Shown here: positions 19,246 to 27,478 of the stretch, in pieces
Layout: each line of letters opens with the position of its first letter
Numbering within the stretch: the first letter of the stretch is position 1
DNA from: Clostridia bacterium
Lineage (GTDB): Bacteria; Bacillota; Clostridia; Oscillospirales; CAG-272
NCBI GenBank assembly: GCA_017623355.1
Contig: JAGAPG010000014.1
Location: forward strand, 6,272-70,271
DNA length: 64,000 nucleotides
Reading direction: 5' to 3'
Program-made: the position numbers and the translations under genes
The notes under the pieces: model-generated
Databases searched by the model: none
What the model was told of the DNA's origin: nothing
Seen by the model: only the letters and a program-made list of their open reading frames with translations

Positions 19246-19342
19246 ATTTTTATGAGATTTTTTTGAAAAATTTCCAACCTTTTTTCTCATAAGTGACACT
19301 ATTGTATGACGGCGCCGAAAAAATAGCGAAAGGAGGTATTGT

Positions 19343-21913
19343 ATGAATAGTATAAAAGCTCAAGGCGATGAGGTCTTGGTTAGTTTAACACTCAAAGGAA
19401 ATGAAAACGCTTTTTCCGAGCTCATATCGAGATATACGAATATGTTATATTCTGTTGTTTGTAATATGATCTCTGATCATTTTTACGCTGAGGATATAGT
19501 TCAGGAAACTTTTATTGACGGATTTTTTCAATTATCAAGATTAAAAGAACCCTCAAAGTTCGCCTCATGGCTTTACGGTATCGCTAAGCATAAGGCGTTG
19601 CGTTATATAACAAAGTCAAAACCAACGCAATGCATAGACGATCTTGCGGAAATATTATATTCAGATAACGCCTCTCCCGAAAATCAATTATTAAACAAGG
19701 AAAATCAACGACAAATAAATAGTGCTATCAATTCTCTTTCCGAAAAGAACAAAACTGTTTTTATTATGCATTATTTACAAAACAAAAGTGTTTCGCAAAT
19801 AGCAACTCGTCTTTGCTTATCGGAAGGAACTGTAAAAAGTAGGCTTTACGAGGCTCGCAATAAGCTAAAAGGAGAATTACAAGGTATGAATAAATTCACA
19901 AAACCATCTATTGATCTTGAAAAAACGATTAAGGAAAAGATAAACAAACTAAAAAATTACTATTTTGATAACGGTAAAAATGCTGATGGATATGACTCTC
20001 TTTTAAAAGAAACTGAATCATATTTTGCCACGATTGATGATATTTCTGCAAAGAATCTTGCTATGTCATCTCTTTATATGGAAAAATACTATTATAAAAA
20101 AGCAACCAGACAGGAAACCTTCAAATATGCAGAGGAAGCAAAGGACGGAGTTGCTCTCAGCAATCTTTATATCGAAGATATTCTTGATCACAATGATGCT
20201 GCAAGAGCTCTTGAGTTCATAGATAAGGTAGCTATGCCAAAAATAAAATCTCTTTCGAGCGACGAAGGAATGGGCAATCTCTACCTTTGGAGAGGCTGGG
20301 CTAATTCTACATATCATAATTACGAAGAAGCTATGTCAGATTTCAATACCGCAATAAAGCTTTTGCCGTTAGAAAATCTTTATCGCGATGTTGCGATAGC
20401 TGCAATAAAAACTTACGAAAATCTTAAAGAAAATGCCGACCTCGAAAGCGTTTCATTAAACGCTACAGCAGAAAGCTACCGAAAGGTTGGTAATAAATTA
20501 TTATTTAAAAACCAACCCGGTTTTTCATGCGGCAGCTGCGTAATGTATGAAAAACAGGAGCTTGGATGGATAAACTATTTTGCTTCTCGCTTCAAGGATA
20601 TGTTCTATGATACAGATCTCGAAATAGGCAAAACCTATACAGATTACGAAAAAACCTTCACTCTTATCGGATATAACGATACTGTTACGACAAAAGCAGG
20701 TGTTTTTGATAATTGTATGCACATAAACTACTATGACCCCACAAACTGCGAAGCTGATGTATGGTATAAAAATGGAGTTGGACTTGTAAAGATATCTTTT
20801 GTAAAGAAAAATTTCAACACAGAAGAATACGAGCTTTCTCATTATGTTATCAAGGGCGGAAGCGGATATTTTCCCTTTGCTGTAGGAAACGTTTGGAGAT
20901 ATGAAAATCCTGATCTACCTGAATACTTATATCAATATTTTGAAAATGAAATGACTTGGACTGATGGAATTGAAGGCCATATTGCTATGGCTCACACTCT
21001 TGCGTTCAAGAAAAATTATATGAACGAATATGATGTTGACAGCGAGGTCTATATATCTAAGTGCTGCATAGCTTGTGATTCTTGGAAGATAGACGAGGCA
21101 ATTTCAAGCCTTCAAAAAGCAATTTCCGCAAACACGTCTCTTAATGCTTCTCTTGCCGCTCTTCACGGTATTAAGTATCTTAGAAGATTGCAAAATCGTC
21201 TCGATAAAAAATACCGCCTCTGCCCTGCCGCTTATAATACAAGCTATCTTACCAAATCAGATAATAAAATCACATACGACGAGAAAATATATACATTCGG
21301 TCCTTACCGTTGGGGCTCAAGATTTGAGGAAAATCGCATATTCGGTGTAAAGCCTTTAAGATATCTTGATAGAATCACAAACTGCATTTGGAATGATAAA
21401 TGGGTAGACGGATATTCTGAAACACTTAAAAATCAAGACGGTGAAGAATATTCTATTTCAGTTGAGAAATGTGAAGCAATAAAAACTAATGCCGGCACAT
21501 TTGAGGATTGTATAAAGGTTACTCTCGTTATGGAAGAGCCCGGACAAAACGGAAACTATTACTTTAATGATTATATGTATGTTCATTGTGGTAAAAAGGT
21601 ATATTATTTTGCAAAGGGTGTAGGAATTGTAAAATTTGATTTCACCTGGGGAGATGCTTTGAGCTCATCATCAGAGCTTTCATCCTATACAAATCTTGTT
21701 GGCAGCGATTCCTATATGCCGCTTGATTTAGGCTGCGAATGGGAATACGACGAGATGAATCTTACTAATGAAGGATATATTGCAAAGCGCACTATTCAAA
21801 TACTTAGCGGAATAAACGGAAGATTTTTTGCAAATGATATGCAAGAATTTATATATCTTGGCACAGATGAAGAATACGAAAGCTTCAAAAGAAATCTATA
21901 TTCTAAAAAATAA
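19343..21913 (+). CDS. ECF-type sigma-70 family factor fused to a ~670-aa soluble C-terminal extension
   Basis: Region 2: DIVQETFIDGFFQL...WLYGIAKHKALRYI. Region 4: SVSQIATRLCLSEGTVKSRLYEARNKL. The same frame then stays open for about 670 aa with no TM-length hydrophobic segment. GGAGG SD. Confidence 0.8.
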   Translation: MNSIKAQGDEVLVSLTLKGNENAFSELISRYTNMLYSVVCNMISDHFYAEDIVQETFIDGFFQLSRLKEPSKFASWLYGIAKHKALRYITKSKPTQCIDDLAEILYSDNASPENQLLNKENQRQINSAINSLSEKNKTVFIMHYLQNKSVSQIATRLCLSEGTVKSRLYEARNKLKGELQGMNKFTKPSIDLEKTIKEKINKLKNYYFDNGKNADGYDSLLKETESYFATIDDISAKNLAMSSLYMEKYYYKKATRQETFKYAEEAKDGVALSNLYIEDILDHNDAARALEFIDKVAMPKIKSLSSDEGMGNLYLWRGWANSTYHNYEEAMSDFNTAIKLLPLENLYRDVAIAAIKTYENLKENADLESVSLNATAESYRKVGNKLLFKNQPGFSCGSCVMYEKQELGWINYFASRFKDMFYDTDLEIGKTYTDYEKTFTLIGYNDTVTTKAGVFDNCMHINYYDPTNCEADVWYKNGVGLVKISFVKKNFNTEEYELSHYVIKGGSGYFPFAVGNVWRYENPDLPEYLYQYFENEMTWTDGIEGHIAMAHTLAFKKNYMNEYDVDSEVYISKCCIACDSWKIDEAISSLQKAISANTSLNASLAALHGIKYLRRLQNRLDKKYRLCPAAYNTSYLTKSDNKITYDEKIYTFGPYRWGSRFEENRIFGVKPLRYLDRITNCIWNDKWVDGYSETLKNQDGEEYSISVEKCEAIKTNAGTFEDCIKVTLVMEEPGQNGNYYFNDYMYVHCGKKVYYFAKGVGIVKFDFTWGDALSSSSELSSYTNLVGSDSYMPLDLGCEWEYDEMNLTNEGYIAKRTIQILSGINGRFFANDMQEFIYLGTDEEYESFKRNLYSKK

Positions 21914-21916
21914 GCT

Positions 21917-21950
21917 AAAGACTGTTGCAATATTTGCAACAGTCTTTTCT
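21917..21950 (+). terminator. rho-independent terminator
   Basis: Stem aaagactgttgcaa/ttgcaacagtcttt with a 3-nt loop, followed by a T-run. Confidence 0.8.
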
Positions 21951-22024
21951 ATATGCCATTGACAATTCTTTTTCATTTTAGTATAATTGAAATATATTAT
22001 TTGTTATTTTTAAGGAGTATCTAT

Positions 22025-22579
22025 ATGAAAAAGAAAATTGTTTTATTGGGAGATTCTATTCGTTTATGGGGCTATGGTACGCGCGTTCCTACTCTTTTAG
22101 GTGAAGATTATGAGGTATATCAGCCAGAAGATAACTGTCGCTTTGTAAAATACACATTAAGAGGACTTTTTGATTGGCAGGACATAATAAAAGATGCTGA
22201 TATTATACACTGGAATAACGGACTTTGGGATTGCACTGAAATTTTTGATGACGGTCTTTTTACATCGGAAGAAGAATACATCGATAATATGCTCAGAGTT
22301 GCAAAACTGCTCCAAAAAATAACTCCGAATGTTATTTTTGCCACGACCACTCCTGTTTGGGATGAGTTTGAATGGACTCATAATGACAAAATTAAGAGAT
22401 TTAATGAAATAATCGTCCCAAAATTACAAGAGATAGGAATTAAAATTAACGACCTTCACTCTGCTGTAAGTAAGGACATACATAAATATATAAAGGAGTG
22501 CGATAAAATCCATCTTTCAGATGAAGGAATAGAGCTATGCTCGGAAATGGTAGTTAAAGCGATAAAGGAATTTGAATAA
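22025..22579 (+). CDS. SGNH/GDSL-family hydrolase
   Basis: KIVLLGDSIR (block I, Ser), HWNNGLWD (block III), and a C-terminal DKIHLSDEG (DxxH-like). Start moved to MKKKIV, which has AAGGAG upstream. Confidence 0.8.
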   Translation: MKKKIVLLGDSIRLWGYGTRVPTLLGEDYEVYQPEDNCRFVKYTLRGLFDWQDIIKDADIIHWNNGLWDCTEIFDDGLFTSEEEYIDNMLRVAKLLQKITPNVIFATTTPVWDEFEWTHNDKIKRFNEIIVPKLQEIGIKINDLHSAVSKDIHKYIKECDKIHLSDEGIELCSEMVVKAIKEFE

Positions 22580-22760
22580 TAAAAACGCTCCGATTACGCG
22601 AATCGTCATAAGGAAGCTTGCGCAACGTTTCATAGGGGCGACCATCGAGCCTTTGGATGTAAGCGTCCATCTTTAATGTGCTTTTGTAATACAAAGGCTA
22701 AATCGGCGTTATACAGAAAAAAGTTGAAATTACAGAACGAATATTACGGAGATTTTGACT

Positions 22761-23264
22761 ATGGCAGAAGTGATTAAGGTTTTCAAAGAAAATATTCCTA
22801 CAATGAGATTTATCGGAAAAAAGTACGATAACTTCGGGCATTGGGGAGAATGGTGGAAGAATGGTTGGTTTGACCTTCTTGAACAGACTATGGGGGGTAC
22901 AGATAAAATCCTTTCCATTTGGGAAAATGGCGGTGGTTATATTGGGGTTGAAAGACGAGTCGAATGCGAATCTTTTGAATACTACATAGGTATGCTAACT
23001 CCTGAAAACACACCTGTTCCGGACGGATTTGTACATATCGATTTCAAAAATTTGAGTCTGGGAACTTGTTGGATATATGGAAAAGAGAACGAAGTTCACG
23101 ACACAAGCATCTGCAAACAGAAACTCGCAGAAAACGGCATGGAGATATGGCAGGATGAACATGGTGCAGTGTGGTCATTTGAAAACTGTTTGTGTCCTCG
23201 TTATACTACACCTGATGATAGCGGAAATATCATTCTTGATTACTGTTATTTTGTAATTAAGTAA
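22761..23264 (+). CDS. GyrI-like / effector-binding-domain protein
   Basis: About 167 aa with the pattern MRFIGKKY...YYIGMLTPENTPVPDGF...W, typical of AraC-effector-binding/GyrI-like small-molecule-binding domains. ATG 22761 has GGAG 9 nt upstream. Confidence 0.55.
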   Translation: MAEVIKVFKENIPTMRFIGKKYDNFGHWGEWWKNGWFDLLEQTMGGTDKILSIWENGGGYIGVERRVECESFEYYIGMLTPENTPVPDGFVHIDFKNLSLGTCWIYGKENEVHDTSICKQKLAENGMEIWQDEHGAVWSFENCLCPRYTTPDDSGNIILDYCYFVIK

Positions 23265-23318
23265 GATGTGTTTATATAATTTAATTGTAAAATTCTAATT
23301 TATTGAACTGTATAAAAT

Positions 23319-23356
23319 AAAACCCCGACAGACCGAAAAATCTGTCGGGGTTTTAA
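23319..23356. terminator. bidirectional terminator
   Basis: 10-bp stem ccccgacaga/tctgtcgggg, flanked by A-run and T-run. Confidence 0.8.
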
Positions 23357-23419
23357 CATTTGTATGAGAAGAAGCCCTTGGAGCGTTTTTTGTTAAACTA
23401 TCTTACTTATTAACGTTAC

Positions 23420-23650
23420 CTAATCATTTTTCTCTGCTTTAGCTTTGTCTACAAAAAACGATGCGACAAAAAGCCCAACCATTACAAGAGCATACAATAC
23501 ATAAAACGCTCTCCAAATTTCGGACCCTATTTTCAATTCTCCTATATAAAACACCCTTCCTAATTCCGGATGACTTAATGCAACTACCAAAAAAATGCAA
23601 GCAACAAACAGCATAACAATGCTTACAATTCTAAAAACTGTTTTTTTCAT
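23420..23650 (-). CDS. small membrane protein (2 TM)
   Basis: 76 aa with two hydrophobic helices. AAGGAG SD lies 7 nt upstream of the ATG. Confidence 0.6.
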   Translation of the reverse strand: MKKTVFRIVSIVMLFVACIFLVVALSHPELGRVFYIGELKIGSEIWRAFYVLYALVMVGLFVASFFVDKAKAEKND

Positions 23651-23765
23651 AGAAGTATCTCCTTATATTATATCTATTTTATATGCCGGAACTCTTTTTA
23701 TGAGAAAATTCTTAATTTGAAAAATCACTAATAAAGGCATTATTTGATTCTTTAAAATGAATAAA

Positions 23766-23795
23766 AAAAAGTCGCATCTTAAAGATACGACTTTT
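23766..23795 (-). terminator. terminator after tRNA
   Basis: On the minus strand, hairpin gucguauc/gaugcgac (one G-U pair) is followed by U8. Confidence 0.65.
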
Positions 23796-23872
23796 TGGTG
23801 GACCAACAGGGACTCGAACCCCGGACCGACCGGTTATGAGCCGGTAGCTCTAACCAACTGAGCTATTGGTCC
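23796..23872 (-). tRNA. tRNA with CAT anticodon (elongator Met or lysidine-modified Ile2; not initiator)
   Basis: The 77-nt cloverleaf was folded by hand. Acceptor GGACCAA/TTGGTCC, D arm GCTC/GAGC, anticodon arm ACCGG-CTCATAA-CCGGT, T arm CGGGG-TTCGAGT-CCCTG, and an encoded CCA. The G1:C72 pair and the absence of a GGG/CCC anticodon stem argue against an initiator. Confidence 0.9.
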
Positions 23873-23956
23873 TTAGCGTGACTTACATCACGCATTATAT
23901 TTTACACATTTCTTTCGCGTTTGTCAATACCTTTTTTCAAAATATTTTAAAATTAA

Positions 23957-25354
23957 TTATTTTATTTTGACAAGCTTCTCTTTTTTGTTGTTGATTGCGA
24001 TATTATTCATACGTTTTTTTACTTTTCGATAGCATATAATAAGATTTATAACAAGAGCTATATCTGTTATTATCCATGTTATCGGATGAACAAGATACAA
24101 TACTGCAAGAGTGTGATACTTTTCAAACACTGTGTATACCCAAACTATTCTTACGCCGCAAGCACCTACCAATGATATTATTGACGGTGGCAAGCTATAT
24201 CCCAATCCTCTTATTGCTCCGGGCAAAAGAGACATTATTCCTGCAAGGAAATATATCGGAAATGTCATTTTAAGACGCTCATATCCGTAAGCCATTGCGG
24301 CAGGATTATCTTTTATAAATATCTTAAGTATCGGCTCTTGCAGTAAGAATGTTCCTACTCCCAATATTACGCCAAGAACAAGACTCATCATAAATGTTAT
24401 GGCAAACACCTTTTTTACTCTATCGAGCTTTCCGGCTCCCAAGTTTTGGCTTATAAAGGTCATTGTTGTGCTTTGGAATGACAAAAGTGTTACCCACATA
24501 AGTCCTTCAACAGTGGAAACCGCTGTACTTGCTGCTATAGCATCATTTCCAAATGAATTTACTCCTGCCTGCAAAAAAGAATTTGCCAAGCTGAAAACAC
24601 CGTTTTGAAATCCCGCAGGAAGTCCTATAGCTATCATTTTTCCAAAGATATGCCAAGAAAACGATATTTTCTTAAATCTAAACGAAAACAGTCCCTCTTT
24701 TTTCAAAAGATCTATCAATATAAGCAAAGCCGAAAGAATTTGTGAAATTACTGTAGCAACTGCAACACCAACAACTCCAAGATGAAATACAGCCACAAAC
24801 AAAAGGTTTAAAAGAACATTCACAGCTCCGGATATAACAAGATAAATAAAAGGCTTTTGAGTCTGCCCTGCTGTACGAAATACCGCTGCGCAAAAGTTAT
24901 ACAAAAGAGTAAACGGAACACCTAACATAAGTATTTTTAAATATGTAACTGCTCCATCCAAAACTCCTGCTTCTGTGGGCGTATCCATCAAAACAAGAAC
25001 AGGCTCAGCTAAAAAAAATCCTATTATTGATACAATTATGCCAAGTATAGGAGCAACTATAACGGCAGTATCAATAGTTTTTTTCACATTTTCATAATTT
25101 TTTCTGCCATAATTAAATGATGTTAAAACATCTACACCCGCAGCTATTCCAAGAAACAGCGACAGTAAAACATTATAAATACTGGACGTAGCTCCAACCG
25201 CCGGAAGAGCTGACTCTTCCGCGAAATTACTTACAACAACAAGGTCTGCCGAATTATATAAGCTTTGCAGTATGCCCTGCAACATTATAGGGATGGTAAA
25301 AAGAACAATCTTTTTAAACAATCCCCCGTTTACCATATCTATATTTTTATTCAT
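23957..25354 (-). CDS. MATE-family efflux transporter
   Basis: 465 aa and 12 TM helices. The N-terminus (LFKKIVLFTIPIMLQGILQSLYNSADLVVV) is typical of MATE/NorM-like proteins. Confidence 0.85.
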   Translation of the reverse strand: MNKNIDMVNGGLFKKIVLFTIPIMLQGILQSLYNSADLVVVSNFAEESALPAVGATSSIYNVLLSLFLGIAAGVDVLTSFNYGRKNYENVKKTIDTAVIVAPILGIIVSIIGFFLAEPVLVLMDTPTEAGVLDGAVTYLKILMLGVPFTLLYNFCAAVFRTAGQTQKPFIYLVISGAVNVLLNLLFVAVFHLGVVGVAVATVISQILSALLILIDLLKKEGLFSFRFKKISFSWHIFGKMIAIGLPAGFQNGVFSLANSFLQAGVNSFGNDAIAASTAVSTVEGLMWVTLLSFQSTTMTFISQNLGAGKLDRVKKVFAITFMMSLVLGVILGVGTFLLQEPILKIFIKDNPAAMAYGYERLKMTFPIYFLAGIMSLLPGAIRGLGYSLPPSIISLVGACGVRIVWVYTVFEKYHTLAVLYLVHPITWIITDIALVINLIICYRKVKKRMNNIAINNKKEKLVKIK

Positions 25355-25465
25355 AATTCCTCCAAAAAGAAACCATGTAAAATCACACTTTTCGCTATCA
25401 TTTTAGTACACATTTTTACTATTGTCAATAGACTTTAGAAAATTTATAAAATAAATTTTAATTGA

Positions 25466-25498
25466 TTTTTTTAAAAAACACCTGCCATAGGCAGGTGT
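25466..25498 (-). terminator. rho-independent terminator ending the secA-linked operon
   Basis: Stem acacctgcc/ggcaggtgt with a 3-nt loop, then a T-run on the minus strand. Confidence 0.8.
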
Positions 25499-25502
25499 AA
25501 TT

Positions 25503-26822
25503 TTATGAATAATATTTTATATCATTATAAACTTCGTCGTTGACAGTTATCAAAAACATAATAAACGATATCACAAATAAAATTGAAGTTATTATGTTAA
25601 GAGTCATCAATCCTTCCTTAAATGGGCTGAAAAAGACATATATAATAGAAGATATCGAGCAAAGGAATGTTGATATTATAACAAACATCATTTTTCCCTG
25701 TATATTATCCGAATACTCTTTGACCTTATCCTCAACGTTTATTTCGGAAAAGATTTTAGCATTTTCTCTTATGTGATTTTCCGATATATTTTTGAACATC
25801 AAGATAAGAGAAACTACAAAAACGAACAAAAACAAGCTTTCAAGAACCGTAAAAATTTCAACCTTAAAATACTCTGTTTCAGCTTGAGGTATTGATATAA
25901 TAGCAAGCAAGCTATGATTTTCAAAAAATCTTTTTGTAAATATAAAGCCCGTTATACTGCTCGCGGTATGTAATAAAGCAGCTACAACAGTAGTTAACGA
26001 AAGAAGATTAATTTTTATACGTTTGTTTACAATTAGAAAGGCAAAAGCAATTAATGCAATCAGTGAGAATATAAAATCGGGTAAAATATTTTTTGAATTT
26101 ATATTAAAATCTATTACAAAAAATGCTCCGACCGCTATCATAAATATAGCAAAAATAAAATTTTTTGAAAGTAACAGTCCCGGACGTTGCTCTGAAATTT
26201 GCGACAAGAAAATTCCTCCTATGCTTTTGCCGAGCTCTTTCGTAACCGTTCTTTTTGAAAAAATTATAAATTTCACAAGCCAGATAATTCCTACTATTAA
26301 GGATATTATAACTGCCAATCCTATAAACAAATATCTAAAATGCGAAAGCGGTAATGCATTTGATTCAAGACTTTCATTTGATAACAAGCTAAGATCCGGC
26401 AAAAACGCCATTAACAACTTAATTATATGAAATGATATTGAAAATCTTTTTATTTTTTCTACGTTCAAATCTCCCTTTTGATTATCAGTCCTTAAAACGA
26501 TATATGAAAGAGAATCAAGCGTTTTTGTAAGCATGAAAACTCCAAATACGCATTCCAATCCAAAGAACGCAAATGAAAGAACAAGCTGCATAGTTTCATC
26601 AGTTGATTGCAACACTACTATACTGCAGAATTTTATAAGAGTTATAATGAACATATATCGGATATTCTTATAAGCATCGTATGCAACGTCATAAATATAT
26701 GAAGCTCGCAAAAACGCTCTCATAAGCAAGAAATACCCGATAAAGTCAGGCAAAATATCTACCGTGCTTATTATTGGATTGAATAAAAATATCGCAGCTA
26801 CAATAAAGTATCTTAATTTCAT
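25503..26822 (-). CDS. uncharacterised polytopic membrane protein with internal duplication
   Basis: 439 aa and at least 10 hydrophobic helices. The motif ILPDFI appears twice (near aa 22 and near aa 245). Its start overlaps the upstream stop (ATGA). Confidence 0.7.
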   Translation of the reverse strand: MKLRYFIVAAIFLFNPIISTVDILPDFIGYFLLMRAFLRASYIYDVAYDAYKNIRYMFIITLIKFCSIVVLQSTDETMQLVLSFAFFGLECVFGVFMLTKTLDSLSYIVLRTDNQKGDLNVEKIKRFSISFHIIKLLMAFLPDLSLLSNESLESNALPLSHFRYLFIGLAVIISLIVGIIWLVKFIIFSKRTVTKELGKSIGGIFLSQISEQRPGLLLSKNFIFAIFMIAVGAFFVIDFNINSKNILPDFIFSLIALIAFAFLIVNKRIKINLLSLTTVVAALLHTASSITGFIFTKRFFENHSLLAIISIPQAETEYFKVEIFTVLESLFLFVFVVSLILMFKNISENHIRENAKIFSEINVEDKVKEYSDNIQGKMMFVIISTFLCSISSIIYVFFSPFKEGLMTLNIITSILFVISFIMFLITVNDEVYNDIKYYS

Positions 26823-27478
26823 TTTTTAATATCCTTTTCAGAATCGTTTTGATCCTTATTTCTCTTCTCCTTCGGTGTCATAACATTAGTAAGCTTTTCG
26901 TCAAGGAATTTCATCGGTTTGGGAAGATTTTTGTTAGTCATGTCAAGATCGTCTTCATAGCAAATTCTTGCAGTACAATTAAAAATAGTTATGATTCCTG
27001 ATGCTATATACAATATCAACGCACAAAATTCTATAGCAACCGATGCTGTATATAAAGCATCGACCGCGAATTTGGATACTATCATAAAAGCAACCGATAC
27101 TGCCACCGCTATCATAGTAAATATTGCTTTTGATTGTATTTTAGGAAGATCTACCGATTTTGCTATAACAAATATAGCATACATAAGCACTATAAAAATC
27201 ATAGATGCCCCAAGTCTTTGAATAAAATTAAGAATTTCAAAATTTATATTCTTTATCGAAAGAAAATTCAAAAACAATACTACTACGGAAAACACAAGAT
27301 GAAGCAATGTCAATATTGCAGAAGCCATAAAAAATTTGTTTTCGTAAACCAAATTTTTAAGCGAATAAAGTGTTGTTGCTCCGCCTAAAACAAAGGTGAA
27401 CATAGCTAAAGGGGTGAATCCTACGGAAAGCAATAAAAAGCCTATTAAAAGTATTCCAAAGCCCATATTATTCGCCAT
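26819..27478 (-). CDS. uncharacterised membrane protein
   Basis: 219 aa with 5-6 TM helices and a charged C-terminal tail. The start is either ATG 27478 (an 11-nt overlap with secA) or ATG 27466 (1 nt after the secA stop). Confidence 0.65.
   Translation of the reverse strand: MANNMGFGILLIGFLLLSVGFTPLAMFTFVLGGATTLYSLKNLVYENKFFMASAILTLLHLVFSVVVLFLNFLSIKNINFEILNFIQRLGASMIFIVLMYAIFVIAKSVDLPKIQSKAIFTMIAVAVSVAFMIVSKFAVDALYTASVAIEFCALILYIASGIITIFNCTARICYEDDLDMTNKNLPKPMKFLDEKLTNVMTPKEKRNKDQNDSEKDIKK

Noticed and set aside
19141-23957. A possible genomic island between thiN and the tRNA(CAT) gene.
   Set aside because: There is no integrase, recombinase or phage gene, and I spotted no direct repeat of the tRNA 3' end. 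Composition looks similar to the rest of the window apart from the 130-nt spacer reported separately.
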